Positions 26,110 to 38,610 of a stretch of DNA of 64,000 nt are shown piece after piece. Each line of letters begins with the position of its first letter. Within the stretch, counting starts at the first letter, position 1. Location of the stretch: the NCBI RefSeq assembly GCF_963921235.1, contig NC_086108.1, positions 70,000,001-70,064,000 on the forward strand. Reading direction: 5' to 3'. The stretch is from Mobula hypostoma (Eukaryota). The notes beneath the pieces are model-generated. The model did not search any database and was not told the DNA's origin. It worked only from the letters and a program-made list of their open reading frames with translations. Both the position numbers and the translations under genes were made by a program.

Positions 26110-26241
26110 GGAGTCCTGACGAAGGGTCTCGGCCTGAAACATCGACTGTACCTCTTCCCAGAGATGCTGCCTGGACTGCTGCGTTCACCAGCAACTTTGA
26201 TGTGTGTTGCTTGAATTTCCAGCATCTGCAGAATTCCTGTT
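26110..26241 (+). mobile_element. 132-bp young Penelope 3'-end/hammerhead fragment
   Basis: agtcctgacgaagggtctcggcctgaaacatcgact...gaattcctgtt. 13-bp TSD atctgcagatttt at 26097-26109 and 26242-26254. Confidence 0.85.
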
Positions 26242-26564
26242 ATCTGCAGATTTTTCCTTGTTTGTCTTCAAATCAAGCTAGATTTGAATTCAGAACCCAG
26301 AAGTAAAGAGCTCAATTTCTAGTCTGCAGAACCAAGTATAAAAAAAATAATTTATTGTTTATTCATATTAATGTGTACTTATGATTAATACAACTAAGTT
26401 GAAAATTAAGACATTAATAAAATGCCAAGTTTTCTTACCAAACATTCAAAACTACATCACTATAAACCATGGAGGATTTTGGATTAGAAAGAATGAATAT
26501 TCCTCAAATCATGCACCAGCTCAACTTGGAAATTCATCACTAGTATTTCATGATTGCTGTATAT

Positions 26565-26720
26565 AAATCCCATAGCTTCCTGTCCAACAGCACCATTGGA
26601 GGACCTTCAGAGAAATGAGCAGCAGCTGAAGATGATGGCTTCCATCACCTTTTCAAGAGCAGATACGGACAGGCAATAAATGCTTGCCTTGCAGGTAATG
26701 CCCAGGTCCAAAAAGTGAAT
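26565..26720 (+). repeat. Ancient CR1/Deu-SINE-type 3' tail
   Basis: aacagcaccattggagg...catcaccttttcaagagc...ggcaataaatgcttgcc resembles the SacSINE1/AmnSINE tail (from recall). A second copy lies at about 29010-29085. Confidence 0.5.
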
Positions 26721-26789
26721 ATAAAGAGGGTTCAAATTATTAACTATTGAATGATATATAATTACTATCATGAAAAACCAATCACCTAC

Positions 26790-26914
26790 CCAGCTGCTCA
26801 GCCAGATGTTTCCCTTTTTCAGCAGGAATTACACGCTCATCTGCCATGTCACATTTATTTCCAACAAGGATGACTTGTGCATTATCCCATGAGTACGTTT
26901 TGATTTGGGTTGCC
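26790..26914 (-). CDS. RAB3B: RAB3B internal coding exon (125 bp), G4 NKCD motif
   Basis: gaaacag|GGCAACCCAA...CAGCTGG|gtagg translates (W)[41 protein letters not shown](G). Phase is compatible with both neighbouring exons. Confidence 0.95.
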
Positions 26915-28827
26915 CTGTTTCAAAAGCAATGGAAATTAGCAGAGATCTGCAGGCATATTCTCCAAGAACATGTGTATGAAATATATTACAGCATCTGATG
27001 TAATATTTTTGGCACATTTGTAAATTTGACATTAGAGAAATGCAACATTGATTTACGAGCAACTTGAGGAGAGAAACACTGAGTGAAAAGAGACTACACT
27101 GGAGATAATAAGGGGAAATGGATAATATTGAAGCACAGAGAATGGGAAAGGTCAAGGGGAAAATTAATAGATATTGGAATATACTGGAAGTCAACAGAAA
27201 TTATTCTTTCAATGATTAGTGAATATGTCATTCAATTGGCCTCGTTTTATGTTTTGTCAAGTTTTGATAATTGAGTGAACAAGTAGTAAGACAGGATCAA
27301 CAAATTGATGGTCAGCGAACAATTTTGAGATTATTTTATTCAATTTGTTATCAAGAAGAGGCCACAGTCTGAATGTGTATGGTCTAAATAGGAACAAGGT
27401 AAATAGTTAAGTTACAGGTCATCTATTGTTTCAGAGCATACCAGAACAGGTTCAGGAGCCCAAATTACGTTCTTCATTGACATGTTTACGCTACAATTTG
27501 GTTATCATTTCCAGCCAGGCCTGCCACTCTGTCACTGATAAGATGGCCAATAAAGGACAGACTCCCGGTACCTGAGCCAACAGGAAACTGGAGGTCATGG
27601 CATCTTCCTCATCAAAGTCAGTTTTGAAGAACCACTTCACCTCTCTTCCAGGAGCATCTATCAACTACCTTTGACCCCCAGCTTTAGCCTACAAGTCTCT
27701 GAACTTTGCTTACTGTATCACCATTGCCCTCCCTCTGACTCAGATTTCTTATCAAATCAGCTTAAGCTCAGTTAAGCTTAACAAACTGACCAAACTAAAG
27801 CACTCTGCATGCAAGAAAAGATCAGAAAAATTTTAACTATTAAGAAAGCTCTCTTTCTAAATATGTTTTATTAAAAAGGCGCTATTATATTTCTTTCAAT
27901 ATATTGTATTCTTTATGTTGCCACTTTCCTTTTGTATTTTTGTCTCATGAAGTTCAATGCTCCAATTTCCACTCTTCTTTCAGAGGTGCAACAGTGTGTA
28001 GGGAGTTTACATTAATAAGTCAATACAGCTTGAGTACAATCCCACAGGCAATTCACTCCAGGGTATTTAACATAATGTTTTATTTTGACATACTAATTTA
28101 GGTCAATTAGAAATTAAAATAACAAAGTAATAAAATGTGCAAAACTATATATTATTGTTCATATATAAGAGGGCTCTTAAAATCTAATAAGGAAGATCTA
28201 TTTAAAGATAAAAATGCTTCTTGGCTCAATCATAATTCCTTTTTATTTGTATTTGTGTTGCAAATATCTTAAGATATTTCTCTACAATCATTCGGTGGTT
28301 CATAATCTAACATAGTGTTTGATAATCTTACTACTGTAGGTTCTGGCACAAATATTTTTAGCTAGATATTTAATATCTTATATTGCTTTTTGCTTCATAT
28401 TTGAATACAAATAAAAATAATTATCACAATGTAGCTGAAGACAAGTTAAAGTTTAATTCACAAGTTCAGTAAGTTGGACTATTGACCTCACAATCGACCT
28501 TGTTATGATCTTGCACTTTATTGTTTACCTGCACTGCACTTTCTCTGTAGCTGTTACGCTATTCTGCATTGTTATTGGTTTATATTGTTCTGTCTCAATG
28601 CACAGTGTAATGTTCTGATCTATATGAACAGCATACAAGAAAACTTTTTCATTGTATCTTGGAACATGTGACAATAATAAAAATAATCAATTTGGTCAGT
28701 AAATTATATTATGAAATACTTTTTAAATACAATTACAACATTTCTAATGAATGATTCTTTTCAGTTTTTGTGAGAAGATGGTTCTGCTTGTCTTGTACCA
28801 GCAGAAAACATCTCACATTAGTTATGC

Positions 28828-28905
28828 CAGGCATTCCCAACCTGGGTCCACGGACCCTTGCTTAATGGTATTGGTCTATGGCATAAAAAAGGCTGGGAAC
28901 GTCTG
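28828..28905. mobile_element. 78-bp hAT MITE
   Basis: TIR-like ends caggcattcccaacc / ggctgggaacgtctg. 8-bp TSD agttatgc. Confidence 0.85.
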
Positions 28906-29279
28906 AGTTATGCCAAAGTGCAGAAACAACTGTGAGTAATTTGTATTATGTGGTGAACACATACATATTACAGATGATACAGTAATGACAAACCCTGAAA
29001 TCACCCAGCAAAGTATTCAGTTGCAAAAGGCTCTGCACCATCTTCTCAAGGGTCAATTAAAGATGGACAATAAATACTAGCCTTAAAAGACCCAGATTTT
29101 TAAAAATTCCACAATCAAGGGACTACCCGATAAAGGAATTTGCTATAATCTTGAGTCTTTTTTAATCCATACAGATAGATACAGATCATTTGGGGTCTTC
29201 TGGTTTGCTGAAATCCTAGACTTTCTGATTTTTCCTGTCCAGTCATTTTGTTAAGTGGTGGCAGGCATTCTAATGAGTC

Positions 29280-32032
29280 AAACAACAGGAATTCTGCAGA
29301 TGCTAGAAATTCAAGCAACACACATAAAAGTTGCTGGTGAACGCAGCAGGCCAGGCAGCATCTGTAGGAAGAGGTGCAGTCGACGTTTCAGGCCGAGACC
29401 CTTCGTCAGGACTAACTGAAGGAAGAGTGAGTAAGGGATTTGAAAGTTGGAGGGGGAGGGGGAGATCCAAAATGATAGGAGAAGACAGGAGGGGGAGGGA
29501 TGGAGCCAAGAGCTGGACAGGTGATAGGCAAAAGGGATACGAGAGGATCATGGGACAGGAGGTCCGGGAAGAAAGACAAGGGGGGGGGACCCAGAGGATG
29601 GGCAAGGGGTATATTCAGAGGGACAGAGGGAAAAAAGGAGAATGAGAGAAAGAATGTGTGTATAAAAATAAGTAACGGATGGGGTACGAGGGGGAGGTGA
29701 GGCATTAGCGGAAGTTAGAGAGGTCAATGTTCATGCCATCAGGTTGGAGGCTACCCAGACGGAATATAAGGTGTTGTTCCTCCAACCTGAGTGTGGCTTC
29801 ATCTTTACAGTAGAGGAGGCCGTGGATAGACATGTCAGAATGGGAATGGGATGTGGAATTAAAATGTGTGGCCACTGGGAGATCCTGCTTTCTCTGGCGG
29901 ACAGAGCGTAGATGTTCAGCAAAGCGGTCTCCCAGTCTGCGTCGGGTCTCGCCAATATATAAAAGGCCACATTGGGAGCACCGGACGCAGTATATCACCC
30001 CAGCCGACTCACAGGTGAAGTGTTGCCTCACCTGGAAGGACTGTTTGGGGCCCTGAATGGTGGTAAGGGAGGAAGTGTAAGGGCATGTGTAGCACTTGTT
30101 CCGCTTACACGGATAAGTGCCGGGAGGGAGATCAGTGGGGAGGGATGGGGGGGATGAATGGACAAGGGAGTTGCGTAGGGAGCGATCCCTGCGGAATGTG
30201 GGGGGGGGAGGGAAAGATGTGCTTAGTGGTGGGATCCTGTTGGAGGTTAACACTTCTCAGGCTCTTAAACTTTTCGATGATTTTAAGTTCCCTGGCCCCC
30301 ACCACTTTATTTTCACCATGGATGTCCAGTCCCTATATACTTCCATCCCCCATCAGGAAGGTCTCAAAGCTCTACGCTTCTTTTTGGATTCCAGACCTAA
30401 TCAGTTCCCCTCTACCACCACTCTGCTCCGTCTAGCGGAATTAGTCCTTACTCTTAATAATTTCTCCTTTGGCTCCTCCCACTTCCTCCAAACTAAAGGT
30501 GTAGCTATGGGCACCCGTATGGGTCCTAGCTATGCCTGCCTTTTTGTTGGCTTTGTGGAACAATCTATGTTCCGTGCCTATTCTGGTATCTGTCCCCCAC
30601 TTTTCCTTTGCTACATCGACGACTGCATTGGCGCTGCTTCCTGCACGCATGCAGAACTCGTTGACTTTATTAACTTTGCCTCCAACTTTCACCCTGCCCT
30701 CAAATTTACCTGGTCCATTTCCGACACCTCCCTCCCCTTTCTAGATCTCTCTGTCTATGTCTCTGGAGACAGCTTATCCACTGATGTCTACTATAAGCCT
30801 ACTGACTCTCACAGCTATCTGGACTATTCCTCTTCTCACCCTTTCTCTTGCAAAAACGCCATCCCCTTCTCGCAATTCCTCCGTCTCCGCCGCATCTGCT
30901 CTCAGGATGAGGCTTTTCATTCTAGGACGAGGGAGATGTCTTCCTTTTTTAAAGAAAGGGGCTTCCCTTCCTCCACTATCAACTCTGCTCTTAAACGCAT
31001 CTCCCCCATTTCACGTACATCTGCTCTCACTCTATCCTCCCGCCACCCCACTAGGAATAGGGTTCCCCTGGTCCTCACCTACCACCCCACCAGCCTCCGG
31101 GTCCAACATATTATTCTCCGTAACTTCCGCCACCTCCAACGGGATCCCACCACTAAGCACATCTTTCCCTCCCCGTCTCTCTCTGCATTCCACAGGGATC
31201 GCTCCCTGCGCAACTCCCTTGTCCATTCATCCCCCCCATCCCTCCCCACTGATCTCCCTCCCGGCACTTATCCGTGTAAGCGGAACAAGTGCTACACATG
31301 CCCTTACACTTCCTCCCTTACCACCATTCAGGGCCCCAAACAGTCCTTCCAGGTGAGGCAACACTTCACCTGTGAGTCGGCTGGGGTGATATACTGCGTC
31401 CGGTGCTCCCAATGTGGCCTTTTATATATTGGCGAGACCCGACGCAGACTGGGAGACCGCTTTGCTGAACATCTACGCTCTGTCCGCCAGAGAAAGCAGG
31501 ATCTCCCAGTGGCCACACATTTTAATTCCACATCCCATTCCCATTCTGACATGTCTATCCACAGCCTCCTCTACTGTAAAGATGAAGCCACACTCAGGTT
31601 GGAGGAACAACACCTTATATTCCGTCTGGGTAGCCTCCAACCTGATGGCATGAACATCGACTTCTCTAACTTCCGCTAATGCCCCACCTCCCCCTTGTAC
31701 CCCATCTGTTACTTATTTTTATACACACATTCTTTCTCTCATTCTCCTTTTTCTCCCTCTGTCCCTCTGAATATACCCTTTGCCCATCCTCTGGGTCCCC
31801 CCCCCTTGTCTTTCTTCCCGGACCTCCTGTCCCATGATCCTCTCGTATCCCTTTTGCTTATCACCTGTCCAGCTCTTGGCTCCATCCCTCCCCCTCCTGT
31901 CTTCTCCTATCATTTTGGATTTCCCCCTCCCCCTCCAACTTTCAAATCCCTTACTCACTCTTCCTTCAGTTAGTCCTGACGAAGGGCCTGAAACGTCGAC
32001 TGCACCTCTTCCTAGAGATGCTGCCTGGCCTT
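29280..32032. mobile_element. Young Penelope-like insertion with inverted structure: minus copy 29280-30247 plus plus-strand copy 30250-32030
   Basis: The plus copy is open from RT (YIDD) through GIY-YIG to the stop at 31679. 13-bp TSD attctaatgagtc at 29267-29279 and 32033-32045. Confidence 0.93.
29377..29413 (-). ncRNA. Minimal hammerhead ribozyme (intronic, sense to RAB3B)
   Basis: Reverse complement is agtcCTGACGAagggtctcggcctGAAAcGTCgactg, identical to 18321-18357. Confidence 0.8.
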
Positions 32033-32149
32033 ATTCTAATGAGTCTGCATTTTAATTAACCACTGTCCGAGGGAAGTAAATCAGGATTGGAACAAGCAAA
32101 GGTGACAGACCAGCTTTGTTTCCAAATGAGCCTCCTATGCTCAATTTGA

Positions 32150-35100
32150 CCATCAAAACATGGAGGAATCACCACAAACTCCCACATCCCCTGATGATCG
32201 TATGATTTCAGTCTCTGAGACTGACATGCGAGAAAACTGCAGGAGGGTGAACTCACAAAAAGCACTTGGCCCTGATGGGGTACCTGGCCAAGTGCAAAAG
32301 ACCAGTGGTGATCACTGGCTGGAGTGTTCACTAAGATCTTTGACCTCTTGCTTCAGTAGTCTGAGGAACCCATTTGCTTCGAGCAGGCTTCAATTATACC
32401 AGTGCCCAAGAAGAGCATGGTAAATTGTCTCAATGACTATCACCCAGCAGCACTTAGATCCACTGTGATGAAGTGTTTTGAGAGGTTGGTGACAAAACAT
32501 ATTAACTCCTGCCTGAGAAGCGACTTAGATCCGCTCCAATTTGCCTACCGGAGCAACAGGTCCACAGCAGATGCCATCTCATTGGCTCTTCACTCAACCC
32601 TGGAACATCAGAGGATCTGAGATTGAGAGGGTCAGCAACCTTAAATTCCTTGGTGTTATTATTTTGAAGGACCTGTCCAGGGCCCGGTAGGAAAGTGCAA
32701 CTACAAAGAAAGCATAGTAGCACCTCTACGAATTTGCGGAGATTTGGCATGACATCTAAAACTTTAACAAACTTTATATGTGTGCAGTGGAGACTATTTT
32801 GACTGGTTGTTTCACAGCTTAGTACAGAAAATCCTACAGGAAGCAGTGGATATGGCCCAGTCCATAATGGGTAAAGCCCTCACTACCATTGAGCACATCT
32901 ACATGCAACACTGTCCAAGCAGCATCCATCATCAGGAACCCTCACCACCAAGGACATGCTCTCTTCTCACTGCTGCCATCAAGAAGGTACAGGAGCCTCA
33001 GGACTCACACCACCAGGTTCAGGAACAGTTACTTCCCCTCAACCATCAGGCTCTTGAACCAATGGGGATAACTTCACTCAACTTCACTTGCCTCATCATG
33101 GAAAGATTCCCACAACCAATGGACTCGCTTTCAAGGACTCTTCATCTCATGTTCTTGATATTTATTGCTTATTTATTATTATTATTTTCTTTCTTTTTGT
33201 ATTTGCAGTTTGTTGTCTTCTGCACTCTGGTTGAACACCCAAGCTGGAGAATCTTTCACTTCTGTTATGATTATTAATCTGTAGACAGCCATAGTTGGGC
33301 GCTTAACATTGAAGGATATGCTTTATATCGAAAGGACAGGAAGGAAGGCATAGGCGGTGGTGTGGCTCTGTTGGTAAGAGATGGAATTATATCTTTAGAA
33401 AGAGGTGTTGAACCTTTGTGGATGGAGTTAAGAAACTGCAAGGGTAAAAAAAACCACTATGGGAATCATATATAGGCCTTCAAATAGTAGCCAGGATGTG
33501 GGATTGAGATTGCGAAGGGAGCTGGAAAAAGCATGTATTAAGGGTAATGACACAATTGTAATAGGGTACTTCAATATCCAAGGTGATTGGGAAAATCAGG
33601 TTGGTGTCAGATCGCAAAAGAGGGAATTCGTTGAATGCCTATGAGATGCTTGTGCTTTTAGAGCAGCTTGTGCTGAGCCGACTTGGGGAAAGGCCATGTT
33701 AGATTGGGTGTTGTGTGATAACCCAGATCTTATTAGGGAGTTTAACGTAAAGGGACCATGAAGGGGCAGTGATCATAATACTATTGAATTCATACTGCAT
33801 AAGTCACGTGTATCAGTATTGCAATGGAATACAGGGAATTGCAGAGGCATGACAGAGGAGCTTGCCCAGGTGGATTGGAGGAGGATACTGGCAGGGATGA
33901 CAGCAGATGACTGAAGTTTCTGGGAATAGTTCAGAAGGTGCAGGATAGATATGTCCCACAGAAGTTGTTCTCAAATGTCAAGAGTAGGCAACCGTGGCTG
34001 ACAAGGGAAGTTAAGGACTGCATAAAAGCCAACAAAAGGGCATATAAAGTAGCAAAAGTGAGTGGGAAGTTGGATGATTGTGAAGCTTTTAAAATCCAAC
34101 AAAAGGCAACTAAAAATGCTACAAGAAGGGAAAAGATGAAATATGAGGGCAAACTAGCCAATAAAGCAGGATACTAAAAGGGAGGTGAGAGTTGATATTG
34201 GACCATTGGAAAATTAGGCTGGTAAGGTAGTAATGGGGGACAAAGAAATGGCAGATGAACTTAAAGAGTACTTTGCATCGGTCTTCACGGTGGAAGACAC
34301 TAGCAGTGTGCCAGAAGTCCATTTGTGTCAGGGAGCTGGAGTGAGTGCCATTGCTATTACAAAGGGAAAAGTGAAAAGCAAATTCAAAGGTCTTAAAATG
34401 GATAAGTCACCTGGTCCAGATGCACTACATCCCAAAGTCCCGAGAGAGGTTGCTGAAGAGATAACGGATGCACTGGTCATGATCTTTCAAGAATCACTTG
34501 ATTCTGGCATGGTCTCAGAGGAATGTAAGATTGCAAATTTCACTCCACTCTTTCAAAAGGGAGGAAGGCAAAAGAAAGGAAATTATTGGCCAATTAGCCT
34601 AAACTCAGTGGTTGGGAAAGTGTTGGAGTCTATCATCAAGGATGGGGTTTCAAGGTATTTGGAGCCTAACGAAAAAATAAGTCAAAGTCAGTATGGTTTC
34701 TGTAAAGGGATATCTTGCCTGACAAATCTGTTAAGAGTTCTTTGAGGAAGTAACAAGCAGGGTGGACTAAGGACAGGCAGTGGATGTCATTTACTTGGAT
34801 TTTCAGAAGGCATTTGATAAGATGCCACATATGAGGCTGCTTAACAGGATAAAATCCTAATGCATTACAGGAAAGATACTGGCATGGATAGAGGAATAGC
34901 TGACAGGCAGGAGGCTGCAAGTGGGAATAAAGGGAGCCTTTTCTGGTTGGCTGCCAGTGACTAGTGGTGTTTCTCAGGGGTCAGGATTGGGACCACTGCT
35001 TTTCACATTGTTTGTCGATGATTTGGATAATGGAATTGATGGCTTTGATGCAAAGTTTGCAGATGCTACAAAGTTAGGTGGAGGGGTAGGTAGTGCTGAG

Positions 35101-36065
35101 GAAACAATGCGATTACAGAAAGACAGACAAATTGGGAGAATGGGCAAAAATGTGGCAGATGAAATACAGTGTTGGGAAATGTATGGCAATGCATTTTGGT
35201 AAAAGGAACAACTGTACTGACTATTATCTACAAGGGGAGAAGATTCAAACATCAGAGGTGAAGGGGGATTTAGGAGTGCTTCTGCAAGACTCCTAGAAGG
35301 TGAGGTCTGTGGTAAAGAAGGCAAGTGCAATGTTGGCATTTATTCCAAGGGGAATAGAATATAGAAACAAGGAGATAATGCTGAAGCTTTATAAGACAGT
35401 AGACAGGCCACACTGGGAGTATCGTCAACAGTTTTGGGCCCCATATCTCAGAAAGGATGTGTTGTCTTTGGAAAGAGTCCAGAGGAGGTTCACGAGGATG
35501 ATTCCGGGAATGAAGGGGTTGACATATGAGGAGCATTTGGCAGCTTTGGGCCTGTACTCACTGGAATCTATTAGAATGCTGGGGGGGATCTCATTGAAAC
35601 CCACCAAATATTGAAAGGACTAGATAAGGTGGATGTGGAGAGGATGTTTCCTATGGTGGGTGTATCCAGAACCAGAGGACTCAGGCTCAAAACTGAGGGA
35701 TAACCTTCTAGAACCTTCTAGGTAAGGAGGAATATTTTTAGCCAGAGAGTAGTGAATTTGTGGTATGCTCTGCCACAGACTGTGGTGGAGGTCAATTCCG
35801 TGGGTATATTTAAAGTGGAAGTTGATAGTTTCCTGACTGGTCAGAACATCAAAGGTTATGACGAGAAGGCATGTATGTGGGTTGAGTGGGATCCATGATC
35901 AGCCATGATGGAATGGCGGAGCAGACTCGATGGATGAAATGTCCTATTTCTGCTCCTATGCCTTATGGTCTTATGGGTTTATTGAGTATGCTCACAAGAA
36001 AATGAATCTCAGGATTCTATATGATGACATATATGTACCTTGATAATAAACTTACTTTGAACTTA
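32150..36065 (+). mobile_element. Deleted Rex1 LINE (32150-33278 and 35976-36065) interrupted by a CR1
   Basis: [39 protein letters not shown]. The 3' UTR resumes after the CR1 tail. Confidence 0.75.
33281..35975 (+). mobile_element. CR1 LINE ORF2 (APE endonuclease and RT), decayed
   Basis: GIIYRPSNS, DKSPGPD, GNYWPISL, SGVSQGSGLGPLLF, LERVQRRFTRMIPG. Tail cttatggtcttatgg. Confidence 0.9.
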
Positions 36066-38062
36066 CAAACCATTTCCTAAAAATTTTAATTATTTCATAG
36101 TGTGATCATGTTTGAAGATAAATGTTTCCTGTGACTTATCACTGGCCCTCTACTGTCCTAAATTATACCATCACATTTAAGTCAATTATGCCAGGAATAC
36201 TCAAAGTTGCAAATACCATTAATTTTGTTTTGTATATATATGACTTTTAAATGCAGACTGTTTACAAAAGAAATAATAATCAACATCTCCACATCAGAAC
36301 CACAGCAGCCACAGTTCAAAGAGCCAACTATGTGGTTCTAAGAGAAAGCAACTCCCTTGAGTTGTTCAGTAAGACAGAAGAGACAAAATCCAGAGTGGCC
36401 TCAAGAACTCAGAGAGCATGTACTCAGCGAGTGAGAGATCTAGCTACCAAGAAATTCCTCAGGCTGTTTACTCAGCCTCAGAACCCACACCACCAGGTTC
36501 AAGAACAGTTACTACCCTTCAACCATCAGGCTCTTGAACCAGAGGGGATAACTTCACTTGCCCAATCACTGAAATGCTCCCACAGGCTATGGACTCACTT
36601 TCAATGACCCTTCATCTTATATTCATAGTAGTAGTAGTAGTCATACTTTATTGATCCTGGGGGAAATTGATACATTGATCAAGAATACATATTCTTGATA
36701 TGTATTGCTTATTTATTAAATTATTAAAAAATTATTTTTTCTTTCTTTTTGCATTTGCACAGTTTATTGTCTTTTGCACATTGGTTGTTTGTCCATCCTG
36801 TTGGGTGTGGTCTTTCAGATTGATTGTTCCTTGATTTACTGTGAATGCCAGCAAGAAACAGAACCTCAGGGTCGTACATGGTAACATATATGTACTTTGA
36901 TAACAAACTTACTTTGAGCTTTGAAAAAGAAATGATTGTTACAAATTCCCCAACAAAATTAGTCTGATCGTTATTTACTTCTAAAGGACAGCAGCTGCTG
37001 CCTCACAGCCTTGGCAGCCTGGGTTCACTCCTGACTATCGACACTGTCTGTATGGGGTTTGCAAGATATTCCTGTGACTGTTTAGGTTTCGCTTGTGTGC
37101 TGCAGCTTACTTCAACATCCCAAAATGTGGTCAGTGAATTGACCATTGTAAGTGGTCTATAGTGTGTATGTAGGTGAGTAAATGAAGCTGGAGGGAACTG
37201 GGAGAAATATGGGGAAAATAAAATTGGATTAGTTTAGGACAGGAATGCTCAACCTTTTTAATGCCATTAAGCAAGGTGTCTGTGGACCCCTGGTTTAGGA
37301 TTAGTGATTTAATGTATTGAAAGGCCTTGATAGACTGGATGTGGAGAGGATGTTTCCTATGGTAGAAGAGTCTAAAACAAGAGGACACAGCCTTGGTTAG
37401 GGGGACATCCTTTTAGAGTGGAGATGAGGAATTCGTTTAGCCAGAGAGTGGAATTCTTTGTTGTGGAGGCCAAGTCTTTAAGGCAGAGGTTGATAGCTTC
37501 TTGAGTGGTCAGGGCATGAAGGGATAAAGAAAGAAGCTAGAAGTTTGGGGCTGTGAGGAAAATTAGGTCAGCCATGATGAAATGGGGGGGCAGACTCGAT
37601 GGACCAAATGGCCTAATTCTGCTCCTATAACTTATTGTCTTATAACTATGAAAGTAGCAACTCCATTCAAATCTGCTTGCATTCAGATGGAGAAGAACTT
37701 ATTGATGTCCTGAATAATTTTCCTTTTTCTTCTCATATGCGCTGAAACTAACTGCATTGCAACTACTCTCATTCCAATTTGCATAAACTAATTTGAGAGA
37801 AATCTTCCTAACTTGTCTGTCAGAATTGGACAGTATTTTCATCACTTCATTTACCATTTGATAAGGATGTGAGCTGCCTCTTCTGGTAGAAAATTCAAGA
37901 ACAACATTTATATTGGTCTTCAACTAAGTCATCAACTATATTAATTAGCACTTTTTGCCTTCAGGAATGATCAATTAAAATAGGTTGAATAGATGGATGA
38001 AGGGACTCATTTTTAAAACGTGGACACTGATAGAATGATAAGAGAATAAAAATGCAGCTCAC

Positions 38063-38181
38063 CAGTCCTGCACTGCATTAAAGGACTCTTCATTGGCAAT
38101 GTCGTACATAAGTACGAAGCCCATGGCTCCTCTGTAGTAAGCAGTAGTAATGGTTCTATATCGCTCTTGACCAGCTGTATC
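38063..38181 (-). CDS. RAB3B: RAB3B internal coding exon (119 bp), G3/switch II region
   Basis: Minus strand reads ttttacag|GATACAGCTGGT...CAGGACTG|gtgag and translates [39 protein letters not shown](W), the Rab3 signature. Not in the ORF track. Confidence 0.95.
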
Positions 38182-38397
38182 CTGTAAAACAAAACTCTAG
38201 TTTATTCGTGAAGAGGGGGCAAAGAGAAAACAAACTTTGAGTTGCTCATAAGCAATTGTTGATGAAACAAAGTGTATCCATAAAGATTAATTCTTGCATT
38301 CATTTGGAAATGGTAAATGTAGCATGGAGGAAATGAAATAAAGTCAGCTCTGAGTGAGAGCAACCATAAGAAGTCTGAGTTTAATATTATTGGGAAT

Positions 38398-38610
38398 AGC
38401 ACGGTAACATGGCAGTTAGCGTAACACCATTACAACGTCAACAACCTGGGTTCTGTTCTGCCACGGAGATTGTACGTTTTCCCCCTAATCACGTTGGTTT
38501 CTTCCCGATGTTCTGGTGACGTACAGCTTGGTAGGTTAATTCGTCACATGGGTGTAATTGAGCACTGTGGGCTGGGGGTGGGGGGTGGGAATTGTTACCA
38601 TGCTGTAATT
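38398..38610 (+). mobile_element. V-SINE/HE1-like SINE; related copies at about 36985-37240 (+), 39030-39230 (-) and 58025-58307 (+)
   Basis: tRNA-like head followed by a tgtacgtt.tcccc...ggtttc..ccg.tg.tc.gg core shared by the copies. Confidence 0.6.

Larger units (their letters stand above)
14786..26265. mobile_element. Older Penelope-like insertion, outer shell of the nest (own sequence 14786-14982 and 25407-26265)
   Basis: Minus-strand pLTR at 14786-14982 continues at 25407 into a GIY-YIG remnant (ORF 25546-25818), followed by an inverted pLTR at about 25920-26109. 11-bp TSD cttcaaatcaa at 14775-14785 and 26266-26276. Confidence 0.8.

Noticed and set aside
30117..31679. 520-aa ORF as a novel gene or complete Penelope protein
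   Set aside because: The first ~44 codons come from the antisense inverted copy; the rest is a 5'-truncated RT-endonuclease.
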